From positions 43,340,001 to 43,404,000 of the forward strand of contig NC_087245.1 of NCBI RefSeq assembly GCF_037042905.1: a DNA stretch of 64,000 nt. Direction: 5' to 3'. The notes under the pieces are model-generated. The model ran no database searches and was not told the origin of the DNA. It worked only from the letters and a program-made list of their open reading frames with translations. Within the stretch, counting starts at the first letter, position 1, and each line of letters opens with the position of its first letter. Below, one piece after another: positions 38,420 through 50,901 of this stretch. The translations under genes and the position numbers were made by a program. The stretch comes from Lytechinus pictus. Lineage: Eukaryota.

Positions 38420-41400
38420 TAGAGGAGGCATTGCTCTGCATGTAGGTAGCAATTACATTCAGGCACCTTAAAGCATAGTCCCGCAAGAGCATGTCGAAGG
38501 TACCCCCACCCTTATCCGTAGAGCTCTTGACTATTAAAATATCTTGCATTTTGGAGCCCTCAGTGTGGCAAAATGATGCTTTGGTAAAAAAAAAAAAAAA
38601 AATTATTTTCTTGAAATCACTTGGAGATGAAAGAGTAGGCTTTTCACTATCAGCTACGTACATGTATAAAGGAGGGAGGGCACAGTACAGCAAAGCCTAC
38701 CCTCTCAGGGGGCTGCCCCAAGTCACCCAGCCCCTTTTTCGTATTTTGCCCATTTCTTGGAAAATTCACCATTTTGGAGCCACATTGGGGAAAAGGTGTT
38801 TCTACTATATGTAGTGAAGCCACTTTTATTGTTTTAAACCACTTGGAGACGAAAGAGTAGACTTTCTTCTATCTGCTACATATAAAGAATCGCTGGCACA
38901 TCGAAGCCGCCCCCGTCAGTGGGTTGCCTGAAGACACCCTCCCCTTTTCCGTATTTTGCAAATTTATGGAAAAATCTGCAAATTTGGAGCCCCCACTGAG
39001 GCAAAAGGGTGTTTCTTCTAAATAGCAATCCTCTTTCATTGTCTTAAAATCACATGGAGACAAAAGAGTAGCATTTCTTCTAACAATTACATATAAAGAA
39101 ATGCTGATACAGCGAAGCGTACCCCCGTCAGGGGCTCCCGAAATCACCCACCCCTTTTTCGTACTTATTAGAAAATCTGTGAATTTGGAGCCCACATTGA
39201 GGCAAAAACATGTTTCTTCTATATAGCAAACCACTTTCATTGTCTTAAAACCACTTGGATACGAAAAAGTACTAGTAGTATTTTCTCTATCTGCTACATC
39301 ATAACGAAGTGCTGGTATATCGAAGCCTACCCCCTCAGCGGGCGGCTGAAGTCATCCAACCCCTATTTCGTATATCGCACATTTCTAGGAAAATTCGCCC
39401 TTTTGAAGCCCCATTGAGACAAACGGTGATTCTGCTTTGCAGGAAGTCACTTTTTGTCTTAAAGATCCAAATGTCGTCTGTCCGTCATCTGGCGTCCGTC
39501 CGTCACAAACCTTACGACACATAACTCCACAACCGTAAGTCACTTTTCAACCAAACTTGGATTGTAGATGGACTTGGGGACCTGCATGTTATGCTGCAGT
39601 CGGAGGTCACATGGTAAGGTCAAAGGTCATTTTCAGGTCAACGTTAAAGTTTACATGCAAGACCCTCTTATGACACCTAACTCCGCAACCGTAAGTCACT
39701 TTTCAACCAAACTTGGATGATAGATGGACTTGGGAGACCTGCATGTTATGCTGCAGTCGGAGGTCACATGGTAAGGTCAAAAGTCATTTTCAGGTCAACT
39801 TTAAAGTTTACATGCAAGACTCTCTTATGACACCTAACTCCACAACCGTAAGTTACTTTTCAACCAAACTTGGATGGTAGATGGACTTGGGGGACCTGCA
39901 TGTTATGCTGCAGTAGGAGGTCACATGGTAAGGTCAAAGGTCATTTTCAGGTCAATGTTAAAGTTTACATGCAAGACTCTCTTATGACACCTAACTCCGC
40001 AACCCCAAGTCACTTTTCACCAAAACTTGGATTGTCGATGAAGTTATGAGACCTGTATGTCACGCTGCAGTCGGAGGTCACATGATAAGGTCAAAGGTCA
40101 TTTTCAGGTCAATGTTAAAGTTTCTGTGCAAGACTCTCTTATGACACATAACTCTGCAACCATAAATCACTTTTCAACCAAACTTGGATGGTAGATGTAC
40201 TTAGGGGACCTGCATGCTATTGTGTTGGGAGGTCACATGGTATGGTCAAAGTTCATTTTGAGGTCAACATTAAAGTTTACATGCAAGACTCTTATGACAA
40301 GTGTTTCCATCCCAGTCATTTCACAATGAAATTTCGATACAATTCCATTGCGTGCCCTCGCAAATCACGATATTTCTGGTTATTTTCATAAGTGGGCGAG
40401 ACAAAAAATTGCTTTTAATTGCCTTGTATTGTTTTGTAACTCCTGGGAGACAAAAAGGTAGGATTTTCTCTATCAGCGTAATTTTGGAGCCACGTTGAGG
40501 AAAAAGTGTTTCTACTATGTAGTGAAGCCACTTTTATCGTTTTAAACCACTTGGAGACGAAAGAGTAGACTTTCTTCTATCTGCTACATATAAAGAATCG
40601 CTGGCACACCGAAGCCTACCCCCATCAGAGGCTGCCGAATTCTCCCCCACCCTTTTGCCTATTTTCCCACATTTTGAATAATTCGCAGTTATTGAAAGAG
40701 CTATATAGTGAAACCAATTTTATTTTTTTAAACCACTTAAAGATGAAAGAATAGGCTTTCTTCTATCAGCTACATGCAAAAAAGTGCTGGAACATCGAGG
40801 CTACTCAATTCAGGGGCTGCTGAAGTCACCATACCTTTTTGCCTATTTTCCCTCTTTATTGGAAAATTCTCAGTGTTTAGCCCCCATTGATGCAAATAGA
40901 TATTTCTGCTATGTCTGAGGTAAAACCACTTTTATTATTTGAATTTTTTAAAAATATTTTTTTTGTGCTTGGGGATGAAAGAGTAGGCATTTTTTAAATA
41001 AAGAAGTGCTGGCACATCGACGCCTACCCTCTTCGGGGGCTGCTGAAAATTAAGTGACCCCATCCTGTTTGTCCATTTTGCCTAATTATTAGAAAAATCG
41101 TCAATTTAGAGTCACCATTTAGGCAAAGGGCGTTTCTGATATATAGTAAAGTCACTTTTATTTTTCAAACCACCTGGAAATGAAAAAGAAGGCTTTTTTT
41201 CCTATCAGCTACATATAAAAAGGTGCTGGCACATCGACGCCTACCCTCTTTGGTGGCTCCAAACTGGCAGATTTTCTAAAGAAAGGTAAAATACGGAAAA
41301 GAGATGAATGATTTCGGGAGCCCCTGACGGCGGAAGGCTCCGATGTGTGAGCACTTCGTTATATGTAGCAGATAGAGACAATACTACTCTTTCGTATCCA

Positions 41401-42159
41401 AGTGGTTTTAATACAATGAAAGTGGTGTGCTATATAGGAGAATCATCTTTTTGCCTCAATGTGGCCTCCAAATTTACAGATTTTCTAATATGGAAAAGGG
41501 GTGGGTGATTTCGGTAGCCCCTGAATGTGGTACACTTTGCTGTACCAGTACTTTATATGTAACTGATAGACTAAATGCTAATATTTTGTCTCCAAGTGGA
41601 TTAAAGCAATGACAGATTCTTCCATAAATTTGCAAAATACAGAAAAAGGGGAGGGTGTCTTTGGCAACCCACTGACAGGGGTGGCTTCGATTTGCAAGCG
41701 TTTTTTTATATGTAGCAGATAGAAGAAAGTTTACTCTTTCGTCTCCAAGTGGTTTAAACAATAAAAGTGGCTTCACTACATAGTAGAAACACCTTTTCCT
41801 CAATGTGGCTAAAAAATGGCGAATTTTCCAAGAAATGGGCAAAATACGAAAAATGGGCTGGGTGACTTGGAGCAGCCCCCTGAGAGGGTAGGCTTTGCTG
41901 TGCCCTCCCTCCTTTTTATGTAGCTGATAGTGAAAAGCGGCAAAGCCTACTCTTTTGTCTCCAAGTGATTTCAAGAAAATTGAAGTTGTTTTTCTACCTT
42001 ACCGATGCATTATTTTGCCACATTGAGGGCTCCAAAATGCAATATATTTCATAGTCAAGCTATGGATAAGGGTGGGGTACCTTCGACAGGCTCTTGCAGG
42101 ACTGCTTTAAGGTGCCTCGAATGTAATTGCTTGCAGCATGCAGAGCAATGCCTCCTCTA
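38420..42159. mobile_element. Foldback element with ~0.9-kb inverted arms built from ~200-220-bp tandem subunits
   Basis: Ends TAGAGGAGGCATTGCTCTGCATG / CATGCAGAGCAATGCCTCCTCTA; subunit marker cacttggagaNgaaagagtag forward at ~38618-41171 and reversed at ~41385-41970. Confidence 0.85.
39451..40427 (-). mobile_element. Helentron-like element family B, ~157-bp core x ~5.5, nested in the foldback
   Basis: Same ends and cores as 13549-14037; unit starts at ~39511, 39667, 39825, 39981, 40138, 40291. Confidence 0.8.
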
Positions 42160-42764
42160 TTCTTTTCCAAGAGGTTTCATTAACATAAAGTTGCTTTAAT
42201 ATGTAGACAACGCCTTTTGCCCTCATACTGTACCCATATACATGTACATATATGTAATATACACTTTTCTATCACTACGCTCATTACATGCATTCATGCG
42301 TGCTAGTCACACCAACAAAGGCGAGGCAAGACCGATTGAGTATTTTTAAAGGTATGCAAGCGAGCGCATTGTAGTCGGTATCATTGGTGTGACTAGGTGA
42401 CGGAGGTTGCTTTTTGGTGTCATTTTATACATGTAGCAATATCGGGGAATACATCTGGAGGTATTTTCCCTTTATCTAAGCAAGTTAAGACATTAATACT
42501 GTCATGAAGCATATCAATGTTCTCGTTAATATATCCTCTTTCGTGTTGAATGCTGATATTTTGCATTAGTTGTTGATATTAATGACAAAACAGAAAGATA
42601 ATAATGCACATGCAAATTTTTGACCAAAAACATGGAAATTTTGGCATAAATTCTCATATTTTTCAAAAAATATTAACCAGACTGTCCAGAAAACAATTTC
42701 AATAAATTTCTACTATCCAAATCATTGCGAAAGGCGTATTTATCAATATGAAATTTCTTGTCTT

Positions 42765-42845
42765 CGTATGTATTTTCCTTAAGCGCTTAGAGACATTCTT
42801 TGTGATAAGCGCTATATAAATGATGTTAATTATTATTATTATTAT
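42765..42845 (+). mobile_element. Isolated L2/SINE-type 3' tail
   Basis: AAGCGCTTAGAGAC..AAGCGCTATATAAAT..(TAT)n, similar to the tail of the L2 at 62858. Confidence 0.55.
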
Positions 42846-43973
42846 GTAATATTTTTCCATTGTCTGTGCAAAAATATGAAAATAATTGATATTCATGAAA
42901 AATCCAAGATGGCCGACAAAAATGGGGTCGTCTGGGCCTTCTGTACAGGATATGACCTGGCAGCAACACATTTTCTTGACCACTGATATCATGCCAACAT
43001 GATGGGACCATCAAACCTTATGTACCCGATCAGCTGAATAAACTCTCTCAGCCCCCGGTCTATCTCTTTGTAACTTTCTTATTTTTTTACTCATAATTGG
43101 CCACCTACCTTCAAATGGAGGACTGAAATTCATTTATCAATTTTCTGATACTTGATGACCATTATATGGAAGTTTTATAAAATAGGGACTTGCTAAATTA
43201 GGCCGAGCTTGAAATTAAAAATATTAGCACTAGTGAGATAAGTTTTGAATAGTAAAATCACAACATGGTCAAAATGCATTAACCCTAAATTACCTTTGAC
43301 CTTGATCGTGTGACTTGAAACTCATTCAAGATGACTGTATTACCCATACCCTCTCTAAGTTATGATGATCTTTCAAAACTTAAGCTTGTTTAAGATTTCA
43401 AGTTTATACCCAACATGGTCAAAGTTCAGCTACCCTACAGGTATCTGACCTTTGACCTTGATCATGTAACCTGAAACACATGCGAAGTTATTAGAAAAAG
43501 CATTCATGACACACTGGCTTACTTTTCCCCTATGTTCCGATCGCTTATATTGGAATACTTAATTTGGACTTTAATACGAATTCTAGTCTGGAAATATGGA
43601 GAAAAGGACAGAAAATACTATGAAAATGATTTACTTTCTAGAATAAAGTTGATCGTTCTGATATCAATAAATTCCTTGACCTCAGAAATGATGGTTTAGG
43701 TGTCAAAATCATGATTCTATGTTACTTCGAAGCCGAGATATTGTTGAAAACCTTGTTTTTGGCAGCCATTTTTAAAAATCCAAGATCGCGGCCATATAGG
43801 TCACGGTGCAAATGAAAACATTGTTATCCTGAATCCCCATACAGTAACCTTTCCAAAAATATATAGTTTTCAATTTCTCCAAAAAAATTAGGCGAAAGCT
43901 AAAATATGAACATAGTGAAAATGACTAATAGTAACTCCCAATATTAATGCGTATCACCTGGCATTTTTTACAG

Positions 43974-44165
43974 TACAAGAACTTTTGTCAGCTGATGGAC
44001 AATGAAGAGATTCCAGTCGACATTCACCGGACCCTGCAGGCAGATGAAGCTCAAGCTGTCAAAGAAACAGAAGCAGCGATGCGACCTGGCACATCAAAGA
44101 GTAATGGTCACCAGCCAGGAATGAAACCCGTTCTTGATTCCAGCAGTGATGAGGACTTAGACTGA
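43974..44165 (+). CDS. CREBL2: CREBL2 terminal coding exon
   Basis: Acceptor tttttacag|; YKNFCQLMDNEEIPVDI.. aligns with human YKQWCMAMDQGKIPSEI; phase 0; TGA at 44163-44165. Confidence 0.88.
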   Translation, partial: YKNFCQLMDNEEIPVDIHRTLQADEAQAVKETEAAMRPGTSKSNGHQPGMKPVLDSSSDEDLD

Positions 44166-44927
44166 GCAATGATTGACCCCTCGTTAGGTGGGCCATGATT
44201 GACAATACTGCAGTGATAGATGATGTTAACTTTCCAACCTGCACCAGAGGTCATGGTCTGATTTCACAAAGCCTCTTTATCACCAACTAACGCTATTATT
44301 CTTGGACAAAGCAGCTCATAGTATTTTATGAAGCAGGACCCTCTTGACTCTTGTAGATGAGATCAAGTCATGGAGTGTTGGTCTGGATGAATGCAATTAT
44401 TTAAATAGCCGAGAAAGATGTTAAGGATATAAATTCATGTATATATGTGCCCTTTCAAGTGTATAAAAATGTGACATTAGGTGATAAAAAAGAGAGAGAG
44501 AAAGAAAGAGGGTGTGAAAGAGAGAGAGATGGGGGCAATAGACAGGACAGAGAGATTTCAATTTGAGCACATGGAGGGTTTCCAGGTGATGTTACATGTA
44601 TGACGGAGGACAAAACAATATATGACACCTGTGCATTACATGTAGATCATATAATCAATGATTTATCACTTTGATGTACATTTTTTATTGATATTCCTAG
44701 AACATGGCTGCCCATGGAAATCTAGGACTGTGTCAGACCGACTGGTCCACTGAGGAATGACGGATGCTGCCAGTCACTGGTGCCATTTCTTCTAGACCGG
44801 TAGACCACTAAGATAAAGAAAAAACAATTTCAGTGTCACTAAAGATTATGAATATCAACAACTTTATTTCATTCTCTAGATCTTTACATCCAGTTTTCAC
44901 ATGATACCATATTCACACCATAGCTTT

Positions 44928-45197
44928 GACTGACTGACTTAGGTGCATAGGACGGTATGTTCCTTCGCTCTCCTATGGGTGATCCTTTTCCATTCAGTTC
45001 TACCCTGGGCTAGGTCTTCAGCATCCAGTAGAGGGAGACCCACATCTCCTCTGACTTGGTCCCTCCATCTGGAAGAGGGACGTCCTGGTGGTCTCCTCTT
45101 GTCAAAGTCATTTCTGTACGCCTGAACTGGAAAGCGGTTTTGTGACATACGGCATATGTGCCCAAACCACCTCAGGCGTTATTTTGTAGCTTCCTCA
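44928..45197 (-). mobile_element. 5'-truncated RTE-clade LINE fragment
   Basis: RLRWFGHICRM..RRPPGRPSSRWRDQV..AQGRTEWK C-terminal RTE motifs, (AGTC)n tail, candidate TSD CATAGCTTT (44919-44927, 45198-45206). Confidence 0.8.
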
Positions 45198-45784
45198 CAT
45201 AGCTTTACTTTGATTGATTAAAGGTTTGAAATTTATACATATAGCATATGTCTTTGACTTGTTGTTATTCCTTCGCGACTCTGCAGTGGAGTAACGAAGA
45301 GTAGCAAACACAAGAATCCATATTGCTGTGCCCATGCAACAGGATTATGTTTCCGACCAATAAATTCAAGTGAGAAAATTGAGATTCCCTGCTCGGTATG
45401 CTTCCAAAGCCTTACTTTGATTGATTAAAGGTTTGAAATTTATATACGTGTGATCTAGATAAGAAAATATCTTCATTGTCTTTGGTGACATGAAATTTCT
45501 TGTGTGTATTTCATTTGTCTCCACTGAAAAATCACCAGAAGTCACTGGTAAAAAGTCCCTAATGATTTAGCCTTAATAAACACTATCCTAGGTTTTTAAA
45601 CCTTGTTTTTTTGTGTGTTTACTGTGTGTTGTATAATTTAGAGGTCCCTAGTCTGAAATGAGGGACACAGTGATAAACAAAATTACACTGTACTTACACT
45701 GTATTGAGCCCATAATCCATATATTTTTTCTGAAGAAACCACAAAATCAATTCTGCTAAAAAATTTCAACTACATCTTTTTCTG

Positions 45785-47284
45785 TTTTTTGTCTCACCTG
45801 CATAGCAGAGTGAGACTATATAGGCGCCGCTTTTCCGATGGCGGCGGCATCAACACCAAATCTTAACTGAAGGTTAAGTTTTTCAAATGACAGCATAACT
45901 TGGAAAGTATATGGACCTAGTTCATGAAACTTAGCCATAAGGTCAATCAAGTATTACTGAACATTCTGCCTGAGTTTCAGGTCACATGACCAAGGTCAAA
46001 GGTCATTTAGGGTCAATGAACTTAGACCATGTTGGGGGAATCAACATCAAATCTTAAACTAAGGTTTAGTTTCTGAAATGTCATCATAACTTAGAAAATA
46101 TATGGACCTAGTTCATGAAACTTGGACATAAGGGGCCTGTTGCATAAAACTTTTTACCTGAGAAAACTGGTAAAAACTGAAAACTAAGGGTAGTCTGATT
46201 TCTGCCATTGACTTTTACACAGGGCAAAAACTCCGGTAAAAACAACCTGAGTTTTCTCAGGTAAAAAGTTTTATGCAACGGGCCCAAAGTTAACCAAGTA
46301 TTACTGAACATTCTGGTTGAGTTTCACGTCACATGACCAAGGTCAAAGGTCATTTAGGGTCAATGAACTTTGGCCATGTGGGGGGGTATCTGTTGAATTA
46401 CCATCATAACTTTGAAAGTTTATGGATCTGATTCATGAAACTTGGACATATGAGTAATCAAGTATCTTTGAAGATCCCGTCTGAGTTTCAGGTCACATGA
46501 TCAAGGTCAAAGGTCATTTAGGGTCAATGAACTTCAGCCATATTGAAGGTATTTGTTGAATTACCATCATATTTCTTTAAGTGTATTGGTCTAGTTCGTA
46601 AAACGTGGACATAAGAGTAACCAAGTATCACTGAACATCTTGTGCGGGTTTCAGGTCACATGACCAACGTCAAAGGTCAATGGACTTTGGCCATGTGGGG
46701 GTATCTGTTGAATTACCATCATAACTTTGAAAGTTTATGGATCTGATTCATGAAATTTGGACATAAGAGTAATCAAGTATCTTTGAAGATCCTGTCTGAG
46801 TTTCAGGTCACATGACCAAGGTTTGTCATTTAAGGTCAATAAACTTTGGCCATATTGGGGTTATTTGTTGAATTACCATCATATCTCTGTAAGTGTATTG
46901 GTCTAGTAACCTAGTTCATAAAATGTGGACATAAGAGTAACCAAGTATCACTGAACATCTCATGCTAGTTTCAGGTCACATGACCTAAGTCAAAGGTCAT
47001 TTAAGGTCATTGAACTTTGGTCATTTTAGTGGTAATTATTAAATTGCTGTCATAACTTTCAAAGTTTATAGATACAGTGTATAAAATGTGGATATAAGGG
47101 TAATCAAGTATATCACTGACAAGTTTTAAGTCACATGATCAAGGTCAAATGTCAATGAACGTAGTATTGTATCATTATGTGAATGGTGTTTTTATGAATA
47201 ATTATTAGTAGTTTTCAAAGTCAGCACTGCTGCTATATTGAATCGTGTGATGCAGGTGAGACAGCCAGAGGCATTCCACTTGTT
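45785..47284 (-). mobile_element. Helentron-like element, second copy of the 4478-5842 family
   Basis: Reverse-complement match of both ends and the GGTCAAAGGTC tandem core. Confidence 0.85.
46133..46285. mobile_element. Harbinger-like MITE nested in the Helentron core
   Basis: ~36-bp TIR gggcctgttgcataaaactttttacctgagaaaact / agttttctcaggtaaaaagttttatgcaacgggccc interrupting a core unit. Confidence 0.8.
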
Positions 47285-47977
47285 TCTATTCAGGATCTAA
47301 CTTATATGGAGTCAGTTGTATTTTAGGTCTAAAAGCAAATCTCGAAAGTGTCTACTCTCCCAATACATTATCTCGTTCTTTAATAACCAAATAGTAAAGT
47401 GCAAACGTCAGTGCCAGTTGGCTGTTATATTTGTATTCAAATTAGGGTAATGTTGAAATAATTAATGATGAAATATGCGTTGAAAATCTATTTATTGAAA
47501 AGAACTCGATTCTCAAGTATATTTAATACGCATCTGATACTTCACGTTTTTCAGATTAGATTAGTAGTCTTATACAGATTACATTAATAATGATCCTGTC
47601 AGAATTAATTTGCAATGTATTCAGCTCATATTTTCTCATCAACCCAAACATTATCCTGGAAAGGTGTTACACTCAATGTATAACTGCTTGATGACATTTA
47701 GTTGAAATGAAAATGAATAACCAAAGAGGGTGTACCTATTATTCTCTAAATGATAACAAAACAGTAAATTAAAGGCCCCAAAATTTAAGACCTAAAGAAG
47801 CTACTGCAAATTCAGTATTGTGTGTAGATGAAATTAACATCCTGTGTGCAAAATATTATATTAATATGAATGGAACATGATGAATCATGAATTTGTTTAG
47901 TTTGATATAGAGATATACAACAGTTTTACATTTGTCAATCTTAAATATCCATGCCAATTCCATTTTATTACTCTCTA

Positions 47978-48112
47978 AATAATAATGATAATAACAATGG
48001 TGACGATGATGATTATAACAACAACAACAATAATAACGATGATAATATTGATAATAATCATAATATTCATAATGATTATAATGATTATAATAATAATAAG
48101 ATGAAGAAGAAT
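47978..48112. repeat. Compound (AAT/GAT/AAC)n microsatellite
   Basis: Direct inspection. Confidence 0.85.
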
Positions 48113-49150
48113 GATGCTTATGGCTTTTAACTTATTTATTTCATCGAAGGCCTCTGAGTGTTCTTCATGTATGTGGTGTTATTGCCCTGGCTTTAGCAGA
48201 CCAGCTGCTATGTGCAAAGTATGGAATGGTTGTACAGTACACATTTTGGAAGGTTTCTTGTATCATGGTATAATCAAGACAGCTTATTTGATGATTCGAT
48301 GTAGATTTCAGATGACTCCAAGTTGAGACAATATATTTGTTGTATTTAATGAAAATAATTACAGAGGACCATATTGGTTATCAAAATAAAATATATTTAA
48401 CGGAAATATAAGTGTTTTTTTTTGCCCATATATATCATAAGGCTTTCAGACCAGTTGGTGAGTTGGTGAAATGTAAAGATCAGATAATATGCTTGTTGGT
48501 GGTGTGAGTAAATCTTTTTTTTTGGGAGAATGATATTCTTATATTGAATTATATAAAGAGACGAATCAAAGTAACATATCGATGAAAGTTTGCGAAAAAA
48601 AATTGAATGAATAATAGAAAAGTTATGAGCACTTGAATAATGAGATCACTAGTGTTATATATGTGACCAAGATCTGTGATGTCACACATGTACAACTTCC
48701 CATTACATCGAACCAAAATAGCTTCATGATCGAACCAAGAACAGTAACAATAACAAGGAAGTGGAATAACAATAATAAGCATAAAATGCCTATTTAAAAG
48801 AAGAAGAAGAAAGTTGAAAAAAATCATACGTCTTGTCTGGATCCCGTTTACATTGAATACACGATAATTATTCGTCCATCCAATTAAATATACACTACTC
48901 AAAAAAAGTTAAGGACCACTTTTTAAAACGTACATAAAGATTTTATACAAGGTGTTTTATTTCTGGAAATACCTCAGTACAACTGTCCTAAATGTCCTTA
49001 AACACGCTGTAATCAATTTCACGCATGGGTGGTTTCAGTTGTTGCACAATGTCTCTCGCATCACTGCACATCCTGAAAAGTGGGCCCCGAGGGGTATCAG
49101 CTACCGACATGAAGTGGTAAAAACGAATGTCTGAGTGTCTTTCAGGCAGT

Positions 49151-50022
49151 TCAGTAACGAGTGTGACCACCTCCTGCAGCAATAACGGCTTCACAGCGCT
49201 GTCTCATGGAGCTGATGAGGCGATTGATGTCTCTGACGTCCAGTGCATCCCATGCAGCCTCCAGAGCCACACCCAGCTGCTGCAGTCCAAGTGGATGGGC
49301 TTCGAGCTGCTCGAGACTCCTCCCCATCATGTCCCAGACGTGCTCTATCGGGTTTAAGTCCGGGGACCTCGCTGGCCACTCCATACGCTCAATCCCCTGG
49401 CCCTCAAGGAACTCGGTCACCACCCTAGCTCGGTGGGCACGGGCATTGTCATCCATGAAAATGATGTTTTGTCCCACATTTTCTGCAAATGGCACCACTA
49501 TAGGTTCAAGGACGTCATCCCTGTACCTCACTCCTGTCATTGCTCCCCCTGGGACCACGTAGAGACGAGTACGGTTGGCGTAGGTGATGCCTCCCCACAC
49601 CATGACGCTGCCTCCCCCATAACGGTCATGTTCTGCAATACAGGGGTCTGCAAATCTCTCTCCTGGTCGCCTCCAGACTCTCGAACGTCCATCATTGTGG
49701 TCAAGGGAAAATCTGCTCTCATCTGTGAACAGAACTCTACGCCATTGCTGTCTGGTCCATCTGACATGCTCCCGGGCCCAGTTGAGACGAATTCTTCTGT
49801 GAGCAGGGGTGAGTGGGACACACTGAGCTGGCCGTCTGGCATGCATATTGGCTCTGTGAAGTCGGTTACGGATTGTTTGAGTGGAAACAATCACTCCAGT
49901 TGCTGCAGCGAAGTCATTGTTGAGGCGGCGTGCACTGTGAAAGCGGTTGCGGAGGCTGAGATTCGTCAAGTAGCGATCATCTCTAGGGGTTGTCGAAACT
50001 GGTCGGCCACTGCGGGGTCTCT
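49151..50022 (-). pseudogene. Tc1 transposase copy 1: intact DD34E domain, start codon and first 53 codons deleted
   Basis: GRP linker, FTDESRF, VMVWGGI, FMDDNARAH, WPARSPDLNPIEHVW (34 residues between D2 and E), GGHTRY*; 161-bp deletion relative to copy 2. Confidence 0.9.
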
Positions 50023-50247
50023 GTTGTAGGCATTTTCTGTCTTTAGTCTCTACAATCAACAACTTGCTGACAATAGCAATGCCAAAATACAGCTGTCCAG
50101 AATGCCATCAAACACAATGACATCAATTTCACACATGCAGTTCTTTCATGATGTCTCTGGCATCATTGCAGTGGGCCATAAGACAAGTGTCTTCCAAAGC
50201 ATTTTCCGTCTTTAGTCTGTACAATCAACAACTTGCCTACAACAGCA

Positions 50248-50901
50248 ATGCCAAGACACCACCTAAGTGAAACAGATGTAGCCAGAGCCCTAGGGATGCT
50301 GGAAGCTGGCCTCAGTCAGCGAAGAGTAGCCAGAATGATGGGCGTGTCACACAGTGTCATTAGCAGAGCAAATCAAAGACACCGAGAGACAGGGCTATAC
50401 TCCGAGAGACCCCGCAGTGGCCGACCAGTTTCGACAACCCCTAGAGATGATCGCTACTTGACGAATCTCAGCCTCCGCAACCGCTTTCACAGTGCACGCC
50501 GCCTCAACAATGACTTCGCTGCAGCAACTGGAGTGATTGTTTCCACTCAAACAATCCGTAACCGACTTCACAGAGCCAATATGCATGCCAGACGGCCAGC
50601 TCAGTGTGTCCCACTCACCCCTGCTCACAGAAGAATTCGTCTCAACTGGGCCCGGGAGCATGTCAGATGGACCAGACAGCAATGGCGTAGAGTTCTGTTC
50701 ACAGATGAGAGCAGATTTTCCCTTGACCACAATGATGGACGTTCGAGAGTCTGGAGGCGACCAGGAGAGAGATTTGCAGACCCCTGTATTGCAGAACATG
50801 ACCGTTATGGGGGAGGCAGCGTCATGGTGTGGGGAGGCATCACCTACGCCAACCGTACTCGTCTCTACGTGGTCCCAGGGGGAGCAATGACAGCTCCATG
50901 A
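50248..50901 (+). pseudogene. Tc1 transposase copy 2: intact ATG, DNA-binding domain and first D; 322-bp frameshifting deletion removes D2 and E
   Basis: MPRHHLSETDVARALGMLEAGLSQRRVARMMGVSHSVISR.. to GGAMT then AP*; junction at CAG microhomology. Confidence 0.9.

Noticed and set aside
38052..38693. 213-aa minus-strand ORF and similar ORFs at 38869-39240 and 41474-41974
   Set aside because: Largely overlap the foldback repeat; no recognisable domain or splice support.
50023..50062. N-terminus MLIVETKDRKCLQQ of the 303-aa ORF
   Set aside because: Starts at a non-ATG codon in inverted leader sequence across the rearrangement junctions; not a native transposase start.
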